A model generated the notes under the pieces. It ran no database searches. It saw only the letters and a program-made list of their open reading frames with translations, and was not told where the DNA came from. A DNA stretch of 64,000 nt from NCBI GenBank assembly GCA_910579785.1, contig CAJTVJ010000005.1:4385-68384 (forward strand), written 5' to 3'. The position numbers were made by a program, and so were the translations under genes. Within the stretch, counting starts at the first letter, position 1, and each line of letters starts with the position of its first letter. Of the stretch, positions 1 through 8,168 are shown piece by piece. The DNA comes from an uncultured Christensenella sp. Its GTDB lineage: Bacteria > Bacillota > Clostridia > Christensenellales > UBA3700.

Positions 1-773
1 TAATAATCGAGCAAAAACAGATTGTCAGAAGTACTTTCTATAACACTTGTTCCGACTTGCGAAGCATAAGTACCGGGAACGCCATTGATACCTACCGGAG
101 CATATTGACCTTTGCCTGTTCCTACGATATTATTAGTCTTGTAACATGGCGATGAAGTACTATATCCCCAATTCTTGGTTTCATACTTCTTGCTTGACAG
201 TATGTTATTTCGTTCTTGCTCACTAAATAATTTATAAAACCAAGAATTGCTAATGGGAATATTTGTCGTAGCCGTAGGTAATACCGTTGGACTTACTACG
301 TCGCTAATAAAATCTCCACCGTTTAGCACTGCTCTGATTTCGCTTGTTCCCCAATAAGCATAGTATGGATTGGTCTGCCTAGTATGATATCTTTGTGTTC
401 CTACTAAATAGTCCGACATAAGCAACATGCCACCATTGCTATATTTTGTATCATTGGCAGATAATACTCTCCACTTTATTGCCCCTGTATGAGCATTGGT
501 GCCCGTATTACCATTTATATTGTTGAAATTGTCTCCAAAATAAATATAATCGTTTTGAGCGCCTTGGATAACCTTAGAAAAATGATCTTGACTTATTCCA
601 TTTTCATTGAGATTAAGCACAGACGCAGTGCCTGGCACAACCGCAGCTGCTGTTACCTCTTCCCCTTCAAATCTGCTGTAATTGCTAAAAACGGTACAAA
701 GTATTATTGTAAGCATGAGCAAAATACATGCCGGTACCAACAAGTATTTTCCCTTAATAATATGTTTATTCAT
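1..773 (-). CDS. Surface/secreted protein with N-terminal membrane anchor, DUF6273-like. C-terminus is cut by the window edge.
   Basis: Not in the ORF track because it runs off the window. Manual minus-strand translation from ATG (773-771) gives MNKHIIKGKYLLVPACILLMLTIILCTVFSNY...GAIKWRVLSANDTKYSNGGMLLMSDYLVGTQ...YWGTSEIRAVLNGGDF... and stays open to nt 1. AGAGG RBS about 8 nt upstream. Supersedes the + strand ORF 489..947. Confidence 0.6.
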   Translation of the reverse strand, partial: MNKHIIKGKYLLVPACILLMLTIILCTVFSNYSRFEGEEVTAAAVVPGTASVLNLNENGISQDHFSKVIQGAQNDYIYFGDNFNNINGNTGTNAHTGAIKWRVLSANDTKYSNGGMLLMSDYLVGTQRYHTRQTNPYYAYWGTSEIRAVLNGGDFISDVVSPTVLPTATTNIPISNSWFYKLFSEQERNNILSSKKYETKNWGYSTSSPCYKTNNIVGTGKGQYAPVGINGVPGTYASQVGTSVIESTSDNLFLLDY

Positions 774-996
774 TCTCAGGACCTCTTTTGCATACCTCTT
801 CTTGTCACATATATCAAAATAAACTCACACGTAGACTTACTCATTGCTAATAATACTTTAGGATTTACTCTTGCAAAATCTAAACGTATTGCTAATCCTC
901 ACTTTTGGTTAACGCAATACCATTTAATTATTAGCCATATAATTTAAGTTTTTTTGATTTGATACAATCGCTAAGACTATCTGTATTAGTACAAAT

Positions 997-1132
997 ATTC
1001 CAAGAAAAGTATACTTAAACTGACCTGTCAATATTGATTCTAACGCGCGCGCGAAATATACTTTTTATAAAAAAATACGCCGTTTCACGATATAGAAATG
1101 GCAAGTCAGTAAATGTATACTTTTCTTAGAAT
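997..1132. promoter_or_regulatory. Imperfect 28-bp inverted repeat pair (997-1024 / 1105-1132) flanking an 80-bp segment with a sigma-A-like promoter. Candidate invertible switch or large hairpin.
   Basis: Left arm is ATTCCAAGAAAAGTATACTTAAACTGAC. The reverse complement of the right arm is ATTCTAAGAAAAGTATACATTTACTGAC (24/28 match, 13-nt perfect core). Inside the segment: TTGATT (1034-1039), a 17-nt spacer, TATACT (1057-1062) on the + strand, plus an alternating CGCGCGCGCG run (1044-1053). Confidence 0.4.
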
Positions 1133-1192
1133 GGGTGTAATTGACTTTAAAAATAGAATGAAAATGTTTGATTATTATATGTGTTTTTAATA

Positions 1193-1534
1193 GGATGAGA
1201 CTTCTCCGCTCCGTTTCACTTCGGTCGAAGTGACCTGGGCGTTCACCGCGACTTTAAAATACACAATCACTTTACAGAGCAAAGTGATTGCTAAACTAAC
1301 AGTCGGGTTCCGCCCCTACCGACCAAACGAAAATGCACGCTTACGCTACATTTTGTCGGTACTTATTTAACTCGTTGAGACCTCTCCGCGTAGGGCGTAA
1401 GGAGCGGAGCGACGGCATAGCGAGCAAGCAGGTGCGTCTCGTGCGAGCGTCGGTGACGATTATACCCCAAACTCGTAATTATATAGTCATTTCGACTGAA
1501 ACGCAGTGGAATGGAGAAATCTAATCCTTGTGAA
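1193..1534. repeat. Mosaic intergenic repeat cluster A: hairpin unit (CT/AG) + K module + hairpin with L insert (CC) + reverse hairpin (TT/AA)
   Basis: Units: H 1193-1235 GAGACTTCTCCGC...GTCGAAGTGACC; K 1237-1366 (AAAATACACAATCACTT...CATTTTGTCGGTACTT); H-L 1367-1470; reverse H 1485-1534. The same modules recur at 10 other loci in this window. Confidence 0.9.
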
Positions 1535-1553
1535 TTTAAACTAAAACAAAATA

Positions 1554-1579
1554 AATACGCGACTAAAAGTCGCGTATTT
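1554..1579 (-). terminator. Rho-independent terminator downstream of the small membrane-protein gene
   Basis: 11-bp stem AAATACGCGAC / GTCGCGTATTT with loop TAAAA. On the minus strand it is followed by a T-rich run (TTTATTTTGTTTT). Confidence 0.7.
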
Positions 1580-1585
1580 ATTTGA

Positions 1586-1723
1586 TTAGTCGAGGACTTT
1601 TATAATTTTGTCCTTAATAGCCTTTTTCCCTTGCTCCATAATCGTAGACTTCATCTTTGACGAAGCTACGACCGCAGTCAAAACGCCGGCTCCAAAACCT
1701 AGCATCAATCCAGCTTTCAACAT
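1586..1723 (-). CDS. Small hydrophobic protein (45 aa)
   Basis: Not in the ORF track (under 60 aa). Manual translation: MLKAGLMLGFGAGVLTAVVASSKMKSTIMEQGKKAIKDKIIKVLD. Strong RBS GGAGGTGG 4 nt upstream and a terminator immediately downstream. Confidence 0.5.
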   Translation of the reverse strand: MLKAGLMLGFGAGVLTAVVASSKMKSTIMEQGKKAIKDKIIKVLD

Positions 1724-1890
1724 TTGTCCACCTCCATAGCTTAGTTGCGCATTACTTTGATAAGTATTCGCCTATGCTTAGTGTGTACGCAAAAGGAATT
1801 TTTAAATATACAAATGCGGTTTTGCCTTGGAAAATTTAGGATATTCAAAGATTACAAAAATATTCTTAGGCAAATATTCCCTGTCGTCTT

Positions 1891-2268
1891 TTATTTATTT
1901 TCTGCCTTTTTGCTTCGATAGTCATTGATGGCTTCTTTTATAGCTTCTTCTGCAAGCACGCTGCAATGTATCTTTTGCGGAGGCAGACCTTCAAGTTCTT
2001 CTACTACTTCTGCGTTGGTGAGATTAAGAGCCTCGTCAAGCGTCATACCCTTGACCATTTCTGTGGCAGTAGAACTTGTAGCAATAGCAGCCGCGCAACC
2101 AAACGTCCTGAACTTAGCGTCCACTATCCTATCGTCCTCTATCTTCAAACTTATCTCCATTATATCTCCGCAAGCGGCATTGCCAACTTTGCCTACGCCG
2201 TCGGCATTCTCAATAAATCCCACGTTTTTGGGATTGGCAAACGCTTCTTTTACTTTATCGTTATACAT
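1891..2268 (-). CDS. nifU: Fe-S cluster assembly scaffold protein NifU/IscU
   Basis: 125 aa with the scaffold cysteines (GNAACGD, FGCAAAIA, IHCSVLA). AAGGAG RBS. Immediately downstream of the cysteine desulfurase gene. Confidence 0.92.
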   Translation of the reverse strand: MYNDKVKEAFANPKNVGFIENADGVGKVGNAACGDIMEISLKIEDDRIVDAKFRTFGCAAAIATSSTATEMVKGMTLDEALNLTNAEVVEELEGLPPQKIHCSVLAEEAIKEAINDYRSKKAENK

Positions 2269-2279
2269 AATATGCTCCT

Positions 2280-3455
2280 TTATTTGTTGTAAAGAGGCGA
2301 CATTTTACGAAGTATGTCAATCGTCTCTTTAAGTTTTTCTAACGTGTATTTTGCTTCGTCCAAAGTGTTGTTTTTGCCAAAGGAAAACCTTATTGATCCA
2401 TGAGCGACCTCTATCGGTACGCCTATCGACAAAAGTACGTACGACGGCTCCAAAGATCCGGACGAACATGCCGAGCCGCTTGATACTGCTATGCCTGCCA
2501 TATCCAATCTCATAAGTATCGATTCTCCCTCAACGTACTTAAAAGAAAAATTGGCGTTGGAAGGCAATCTTTTGGACGTGTCCTTTGGTCCGTTGTAATA
2601 TATATCGTCGATGGAAGCAAGCACGTTCTCTACAAAATAGTCTCTTATCGACGAAATATGCGCGTTATTTTTCTCCATACCGTCGATAGCCATTTCTATC
2701 GCCTTGCCCATACCTACGATGGCAGGCGTATTGATAGTCGAAGCTCTCAAATTACGCTCCTGCTCTCCGCCGTCCATAAATCTGTTGATTTTCAAGCCGT
2801 TGCGCTTATACAGCACGCCTACACCCTTAGGACCGTAAAATTTATGTCCGCTCATTGACAGCAAATCAATATTGTCTTTTACAACGTCGATAGGCACGTT
2901 GCCCACCGCCTGCACTGCGTCGGTATGAAATGCCACGTTGTGACTTTTTGCTATCTCGCCTATCTTGCCAAAAGGCTGAATCGAACCTATTTCGTTGTTG
3001 GCTGTCATTATGCTGATAAGTATCGTGTCGGGTCTGATTGCATTTTGCAATTCGTCCAAGCTTATGATTCCCTCGCTGTCAACGGAAAGATACGTCACTT
3101 CAAACCCCTGCTTTTGCAAGCTCTCGCACGTCTTTATCACCGCAGGATGCTCTATGCAAGATGTGATTATATGTTTCCCCTTGTCGGCGCGGGCATATGC
3201 AATGCCCTTGATTGCCCAATTATCGCTCTCGGTGCCGCCCGACGTAAAATATATTTCGCTTGGCTTTGCTCCTATCGCCTTGGCAATCTTTTCTCTCGCC
3301 TCGTCTACGGCTTTGCTTGCGAGCCTTCCGCAAAAGTGCTGGGAAGAGGCATTGCCGAAAACTTCCGTAAAATACGGCGTCATCTCTTTAAGCACTTCGG
3401 GGTCGGTATACGTCGTGGCTGAATTATCTAAATAAATAAACTTATCTTTATCCAT
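2280..3455 (-). CDS. nifS: Cysteine desulfurase NifS/IscS (PLP-dependent)
   Basis: 391 aa with the class V aminotransferase pattern, SGHKFYGPKG (PLP lysine) and SSGSACSS (active-site Cys loop). Confidence 0.95.
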   Translation of the reverse strand: MDKDKFIYLDNSATTYTDPEVLKEMTPYFTEVFGNASSQHFCGRLASKAVDEAREKIAKAIGAKPSEIYFTSGGTESDNWAIKGIAYARADKGKHIITSCIEHPAVIKTCESLQKQGFEVTYLSVDSEGIISLDELQNAIRPDTILISIMTANNEIGSIQPFGKIGEIAKSHNVAFHTDAVQAVGNVPIDVVKDNIDLLSMSGHKFYGPKGVGVLYKRNGLKINRFMDGGEQERNLRASTINTPAIVGMGKAIEMAIDGMEKNNAHISSIRDYFVENVLASIDDIYYNGPKDTSKRLPSNANFSFKYVEGESILMRLDMAGIAVSSGSACSSGSLEPSYVLLSIGVPIEVAHGSIRFSFGKNNTLDEAKYTLEKLKETIDILRKMSPLYNK

Positions 3456-3456
3456 A

Positions 3457-3900
3457 TTAAACCTCGTTTGTAATCAAATTTGACAGCGACATACCGTCCA
3501 AGCACTCGTTGATAGCAATATATAATTTATTCCAAACTTCATACGTCGAACAATTACATTTATCGTCACACTCGCCCGACGAATCGGTAGAACACTTGCA
3601 CTTGTTGTCGCACTCGCCCGAAAGACAGTCGATTATGACAAGTCCGTCTTCAAGCACCCTGAGTACGTCGCCAACTGATATATTGTCGGGATCTTTGGCA
3701 AGAAAGTATCCGCCGCTGGCTCCTCGATTGGCATAGACAAGCCCTGCTTTGCGAAGCGAAGACAAAAGCTGTTCAAGATACTTATCGCTAAGTCCCAAAT
3801 CCGACGACATGACGGATAGGCTTATCACCCCGTCGCCGTAGCGCTCAGCCATATAGCACATAGCCTTTAAACCATATCTGGCCTTTGAAGATAATTTCAT
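3457..3900 (-). CDS. Rrf2-family transcriptional regulator (IscR/CymR-like) with an expanded Cys-rich segment
   Basis: N-terminal Rrf2 winged helix (MKLSSKARYGLKAMCYMA..., GASGGYFLAK). It is the first gene of the nifS-nifU operon. Unusual CLSGECDNKCKCSTDSSGECDDKCNCST region. Confidence 0.9.
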   Translation of the reverse strand: MKLSSKARYGLKAMCYMAERYGDGVISLSVMSSDLGLSDKYLEQLLSSLRKAGLVYANRGASGGYFLAKDPDNISVGDVLRVLEDGLVIIDCLSGECDNKCKCSTDSSGECDDKCNCSTYEVWNKLYIAINECLDGMSLSNLITNEV

Positions 3901-3913
3901 TACGCCCTCATTC

Positions 3914-3930
3914 CCTAGTAATTTACTAGG
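3914..3930. promoter_or_regulatory. Perfect 8-1-8 palindrome CCTAGTAA-T-TTACTAGG. Probable Rrf2 autoregulatory operator.
   Basis: Lies between the predicted -10 box and the RBS of the Rrf2 gene. The arms are exact reverse complements. Confidence 0.55.
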
Positions 3931-3934
3931 TATT

Positions 3935-3963
3935 ATTTTACGCTATTGTTGTGCGCTTGTCAA
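3935..3963 (-). promoter_or_regulatory. Sigma-A-type promoter of the Rrf2-nifS-nifU operon
   Basis: Minus strand: TTGACA (3963-3958), 17-nt spacer, TAAAAT (3940-3935). Confidence 0.6.
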
Positions 3964-4039
3964 CAACTTTTATACATATAAATAAAAATACGCCCCCTGC
4001 ATAAGCAAAAGACGCATTTTGTTTTTTGATTTTTATTAT

Positions 4040-4324
4040 TCAGCCTTGATGTGAATATACTTGATGTGGAACTTCAACATTCTTGCAGGTACCCAGAAAG
4101 AATAGATGCCGTTTGCCGCCTGTGCAGGTATATTCTATCTTGTTGCCGTCAACGGTAGTGTTGTTGCATACATATCCAACAACCCATACAACCATCCAAG
4201 GAAATGCAATGAAAGCCGTACATGCCGATACGAGTCCAACCAAGAAAAGTCTCAGCCAAAGTCCGAATGCTCCAATGTGGCAAACTGTCTTTTGGTTTTC
4301 TGCGACGTTTTGATTCTCTGCCAT
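4040..4324 (-). CDS. Small membrane protein (94 aa), function unknown
   Basis: Hydrophobic core GAFGLWLRLFLVGLVSACTAFIAFPWMVVWVVGYV. AAGGAGGA RBS and a consensus-like promoter upstream. Preferred over the overlapping ORFs 4149..4388 and 4083..4313. Confidence 0.55.
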   Translation of the reverse strand: MAENQNVAENQKTVCHIGAFGLWLRLFLVGLVSACTAFIAFPWMVVWVVGYVCNNTTVDGNKIEYTCTGGKRHLFFLGTCKNVEVPHQVYSHQG

Positions 4325-4359
4325 AACCTTTATCCTCCTTAATAAGTATTACTAGATGT

Positions 4360-4388
4360 AGTATAACCATATAAGATGGCTTTGTCAA
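4360..4388 (-). promoter_or_regulatory. Sigma-A-type promoter for the 94-aa membrane protein gene
   Basis: Minus strand: TTGACA (4388-4383), 17-nt spacer, TATACT (4365-4360). Confidence 0.55.
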
Positions 4389-4440
4389 GACTTTTAGTAA
4401 TGAAATTTAAAGTTTTTGTAAAATTATGGCAGAAATACTT

Positions 4441-4860
4441 TCACGTGCAAATTTTAGCTATATAATTCGTCAAATATGAATAGCATTTATATTGATTTCC
4501 GTTTATTTCTATGCAATCGCCTCTAACTTCAAATGATTTTTCGCTACCGTCTTTCATCTTAAAAATTATACCGCTATAACCACCGTCATATTGCATACTT
4601 GTCTTTTTAAATCTTGTCTTAGAAAATTCCGTCAATATATATTCTATCTGTTGAGAGTCAAGCTCTAACTCTTGTCTTTGAGTATCTATATTTGAAAGAT
4701 CATTATGATACAAATATGCAGATTCAACGGCATTTGTATCAATATTAAGCAAATCTTCTCCCGACTTCCAAATTGCAATATAAGTAATAAGTATCGATGA
4801 TAGAATTATCACAACCACTGTCATGACAGAAAACAATATCCAACCTAGTTTCATTTTCAT
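4441..4860 (-). CDS. Hypothetical membrane-anchored protein
   Basis: The ORF track gives 4441..4929. I prefer the start at MKMKLGWILFSVMTVVVIILSSIL (ATG 4860-4858), which is preceded by AAGGAG with 6-nt spacing. It has a single N-terminal TM helix. Confidence 0.6.
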   Translation of the reverse strand: MKMKLGWILFSVMTVVVIILSSILITYIAIWKSGEDLLNIDTNAVESAYLYHNDLSNIDTQRQELELDSQQIEYILTEFSKTRFKKTSMQYDGGYSGIIFKMKDGSEKSFEVRGDCIEINGNQYKCYSYLTNYIAKICT

Positions 4861-4974
4861 TTTATACTCCTTACTCATACAACTGATATTTTTCATAATA
4901 TTTCCCCTTTTAAATATTATATAATACAATATTATAATTGTAAATATAAATATTTAAATAAATATGTGTAAAAT

Positions 4975-5014
4975 AAATGCACCGCCGCTGACTAAAAGCC
5001 TTTGGGGTGCATTT
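4975..5014 (-). terminator. Hairpin terminator downstream of glyA (possibly bidirectional)
   Basis: 9-bp stem AAATGCACC / GGTGCATTT around a 22-nt loop. A-run before and T-run after on the + strand. Confidence 0.5.
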
Positions 5015-5084
5015 TTCTTCGATACTTTAACAATATAAATTCGCGTAAGCCGTATTGGACTCGGCACGCAATTTATACGGTGTA

Positions 5085-6341
5085 TTATCTGATTATATCG
5101 TTGGCATAAATAGGATATTTCTTGCAAAGAGCCGCAACTTTTGCAGAAACGCGCTCAACAGCCTCTTCTTTGTTGTCAACAAGATCGGCAATACACTCTG
5201 CAATGACTATCATATCCTCTTCTTTCATGCCTCTTGAAGTGACGGCAGGAGTGCCTATACGTACGCCGGAAGTGACAAACGGCTTTTGGGTGTCAAAAGG
5301 TATTGCATTCTTGTTGGCGGTGATATGTGCCTTGTCAAGAAGAGCTTCAAGCTCCTTGCCCGTCATTCCCTTTGCGGTCAAATCGATAAGCATCAAGTGA
5401 TTGTCTGTGCCGCCCGATACAAGGTCAATGCCCTTGTCAAGCAACGTCTTGGCAAGCACTTGCGCATTCTTGACGATCTGTCTTTGATATTCCTTAAATT
5501 CCTCGCTCATGGCTTCTTTAAGCGCAACAGCCTTTGCTGCAATTATGTGCATAAGCGGTCCGCCTTGTGTGCCCGGGAAAATAGCCTTGTTGATTTTGAG
5601 AGCAAGTTCTTCATTGTTGGTGAGGATAAGTCCGCCTCTCGGTCCTCTCAAAGTCTTGTGGGTAGTCGTCGTAACTACGTCGGCATAAGGTACGGGATTT
5701 GCATGGCAGCCTGCCGCAACAAGTCCTGCGATGTGCGCCATATCAACCATCAGATATGCGCCTACGCTGTCTGCTATCTCTCTGAACTTCTTAAAATCCA
5801 AAGCTCTCGGATATGCGCTTGCTCCTGCAAGAATAAGCTTTGGCTTGCACTCCTTTGCAAGGCTTGCTATCTTGTCATAATCTATCATGCAGGTCTTTTC
5901 GTCAACCTCGTAAGGAACGATGTTGAAATACTTGCCGGATATGTTGACAGGACTGCCGTGCGAAAGGTGTCCGCCGTGAGCAAGGCTCATGCTGAGCACT
6001 GTGTCGCCGGGTTGCATAAGCGCAACGAAAGTTGCCAAATTGGCATTGGCGCCGCTGTGAGGTTGTACGTTGGCGTACTTAGCGCCAAACAGCTCGCATG
6101 CTCTTGCGATAGCAAGATTCTCGACTATGTCGACATACTCACAACCGCCGTAATATCTCTTTGCCGAATATCCCTCGGCATACTTGTTGGTCAAATGCGA
6201 TCCTGCCGCAGCCATAACCGCAGGGGTAACAATATTTTCGCTTGCGATAAGCTCGATATTGCCTTGTTGACGGGCAAGTTCTAATTCCAAAGCGTCGCAT
6301 ACTTCGGGATCGGTGTCTCTTATAACTTTAAAATCTATCAT
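5085..6341 (-). CDS. glyA: Serine hydroxymethyltransferase
   Basis: 418 aa with canonical SHMT motifs ([22 protein letters not shown]). Confidence 0.97.
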   Translation of the reverse strand: MIDFKVIRDTDPEVCDALELELARQQGNIELIASENIVTPAVMAAAGSHLTNKYAEGYSAKRYYGGCEYVDIVENLAIARACELFGAKYANVQPHSGANANLATFVALMQPGDTVLSMSLAHGGHLSHGSPVNISGKYFNIVPYEVDEKTCMIDYDKIASLAKECKPKLILAGASAYPRALDFKKFREIADSVGAYLMVDMAHIAGLVAAGCHANPVPYADVVTTTTHKTLRGPRGGLILTNNEELALKINKAIFPGTQGGPLMHIIAAKAVALKEAMSEEFKEYQRQIVKNAQVLAKTLLDKGIDLVSGGTDNHLMLIDLTAKGMTGKELEALLDKAHITANKNAIPFDTQKPFVTSGVRIGTPAVTSRGMKEEDMIVIAECIADLVDNKEEAVERVSAKVAALCKKYPIYANDIIR

Positions 6342-6429
6342 AAGTATCTCCTAAATAAATATTTACTATTTTATATTATCATATTTCTTGCAATTTAATC
6401 AACAAAATAACACGCATTATTTTAATGAC

Positions 6430-8079
6430 TTAATGCTTGTTGAATTCCATCGTTTTTACGGCGTGCTCGAATATGTGCGACCAATACCAACGGTCTTTGC
6501 CTAGGCAATTCCATGAACCTATGCCTTGTTTCCCTTGATAGGAAAAGAAAAACATGGCGTTGTATATGCTTTGATCCAAAGCTTGAGTAATAAAATCCAC
6601 AAAGAATATCTTGCTGGGATTGTCAAACAACTTTGCTTCCCCAAACTGCGCTGTCGGATATACGCCCTTTAATACGGTAAGCATTTGCCTTCCAAAGTCG
6701 AATACGTCCCCGTCTTTTAACGCTCCAGAGAAATTGACGTTGAGATTTACGGTAGCATCGGGCGTCGTATAGATATATTTGGGCGCATTTGTAGGATATT
6801 TGATTCTGCGCATTTCGTCCGACATAACGATAAAGTTGCTTGGCATCACGGCAGTAATTGATCCGTCGACAATACTTGCTCTGACAAATTTAACTTCCGG
6901 CAACTTCGCTCCCTCCGGCATATCGGCGCAGAGGTCTTGATAGTTGAGTCCGAATATACCGTCTGCCAGCGCACTGCCGTTGACTGCAAACGTCGTTCCG
7001 CACGCCGAACAGTATGCCCTTTTTCCGTTGCTTTCGAGATGGACCGGCGATCCGCACTGCGAACAGCGAAGCGCCTCGACGTTTTTTCCTTTGCGAATAA
7101 CTATGCCGTCGTTTTCGACCGTTTCTTGCTTTTTGCCGCACACAGAACATTCTCCGCCCAAATCTACGGCACCTCCGCAATATTGACAGACATTGCTTCT
7201 CAGTCTACCTTCGTCAATGACGCTGACATTGACGTTTGCTTCGGATATGATTTTAACCGAATCATCGGATTTGTCTTTGTTTGCGGATATGCTTCCGCCG
7301 TAATGAAAAATCCTGCTCTCACCCACGTACAAGTCACCCGCCGTCAAATTTGTCTTTTGCGCAATTACCGAAAGTATTTTAGATATGCCGTCGCATAGAC
7401 GATTAAGCCATATCTCACTGTTCTTACCTCTCTCATAAGCGAGATATATATTTTGAGGGTCGCTCTCCCGTCCGTTTTCGTTCAAGAGTATCATTTCAAG
7501 AACGTATGCGGACTTGTAATCGGGATATCCTTTACTCTTGTCGGGACGATTAAGTCTAGCGGAAAAACTTAAATATTTTTCACCTTTGAACATTGAAGCA
7601 GCCCATTGGTCGAGACAAATCGACAAGATCGCTTCATCCACTTCGTCTATTAAATCGGAGTTCTTTTTGTATGCTTTGTCAATACGTTTATGCGCGTCTG
7701 AATCTGTATATTGCTCTGCAACCGCATAACAAAAAAATTCCTTTTCTTCATCCTTAAAACGGGAATTTTTTAAACCGTAGATGTATCCGCCGATCAGCGA
7801 AGCCGAATAATTGAGATTTTTTATCGCAGTATCTAAATACTTTATGTCGTTGCCGTCAAGCGGTCTGTCTTCATTCAGCCTCTTTTCTATATAAAAAGAG
7901 CAAGCCTCGTCATCTCCGTTTTCGAGTAAATTCCTCAACGTGTCTACGCTTGCATTTTGGTAAAATTCTTCTTGCTTTTCTTCTTCGTCGGCAAGTCTTT
8001 CGATCTGCTCGTACATATCAGCCGCAACGTCGTCACGGTTGTTTTTGATTACGTCGTCAATTTGCTTTTTGTTAAACAT
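6430..8079 (-). CDS. Hypothetical protein with two central zinc-ribbon motifs
   Basis: CQYCGGAVDLGGECSVCGKK and CSQCGSPVHLESNGKRAYCSACG. I prefer the start at MFNKKQIDD (ATG 8079-8077) behind GGAGG rather than the ORF-track start at 8139. Confidence 0.75.
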   Translation of the reverse strand: MFNKKQIDDVIKNNRDDVAADMYEQIERLADEEEKQEEFYQNASVDTLRNLLENGDDEACSFYIEKRLNEDRPLDGNDIKYLDTAIKNLNYSASLIGGYIYGLKNSRFKDEEKEFFCYAVAEQYTDSDAHKRIDKAYKKNSDLIDEVDEAILSICLDQWAASMFKGEKYLSFSARLNRPDKSKGYPDYKSAYVLEMILLNENGRESDPQNIYLAYERGKNSEIWLNRLCDGISKILSVIAQKTNLTAGDLYVGESRIFHYGGSISANKDKSDDSVKIISEANVNVSVIDEGRLRSNVCQYCGGAVDLGGECSVCGKKQETVENDGIVIRKGKNVEALRCSQCGSPVHLESNGKRAYCSACGTTFAVNGSALADGIFGLNYQDLCADMPEGAKLPEVKFVRASIVDGSITAVMPSNFIVMSDEMRRIKYPTNAPKYIYTTPDATVNLNVNFSGALKDGDVFDFGRQMLTVLKGVYPTAQFGEAKLFDNPSKIFFVDFITQALDQSIYNAMFFFSYQGKQGIGSWNCLGKDRWYWSHIFEHAVKTMEFNKH

Positions 8080-8168
8080 CTCCAAACCTCCGTTGTTTAA
8101 ATTCAATTTGATTATATTCCTTACGTCGGAGATTGTCAATTATCGCAATCAAATAACTTTTAGCGTTT

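Noticed and set aside
489-947. ORF-track + strand ORF of 152 aa
   Set aside because: It lies antisense to a longer minus-strand reading frame (1..773) that has an RBS, a signal anchor and recognisable surface-protein motifs. Its own translation is low-complexity and has no RBS.
1367-1392. Integron attC-like site (GTTGAGA resembling GTTRRRY)
   Set aside because: The last position does not fit the core. There is no integrase gene and no cassette-like promoterless ORF between units. The units sit between housekeeping operons.
1333-1524. 63-aa ORF (and the similar 34005..34223) lying inside repeat modules
   Set aside because: The same DNA recurs at seven loci with indels that break the frame, and it occurs in both orientations. 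Conservation is at the nucleotide level, not the protein level.
4149-4388. 79-aa ORF overlapping the 94-aa membrane protein gene
   Set aside because: It would start inside the predicted promoter region and has no RBS. The 4040..4324 frame has AAGGAGGA plus a consensus promoter.
5286-6284. Long antisense ORFs inside conserved genes (also 13284..13967, 15262..16218, 17496..18500, 29443..30216, 35836..36360, 55954..56760, 58199..58783, 60187..60840 and others)
   Set aside because: These are shadow frames opposite strongly conserved genes (glyA, hslU, trmFO, topA, rimM, smc, trkA, pncB, galK). They have no RBS and no recognisable motifs.
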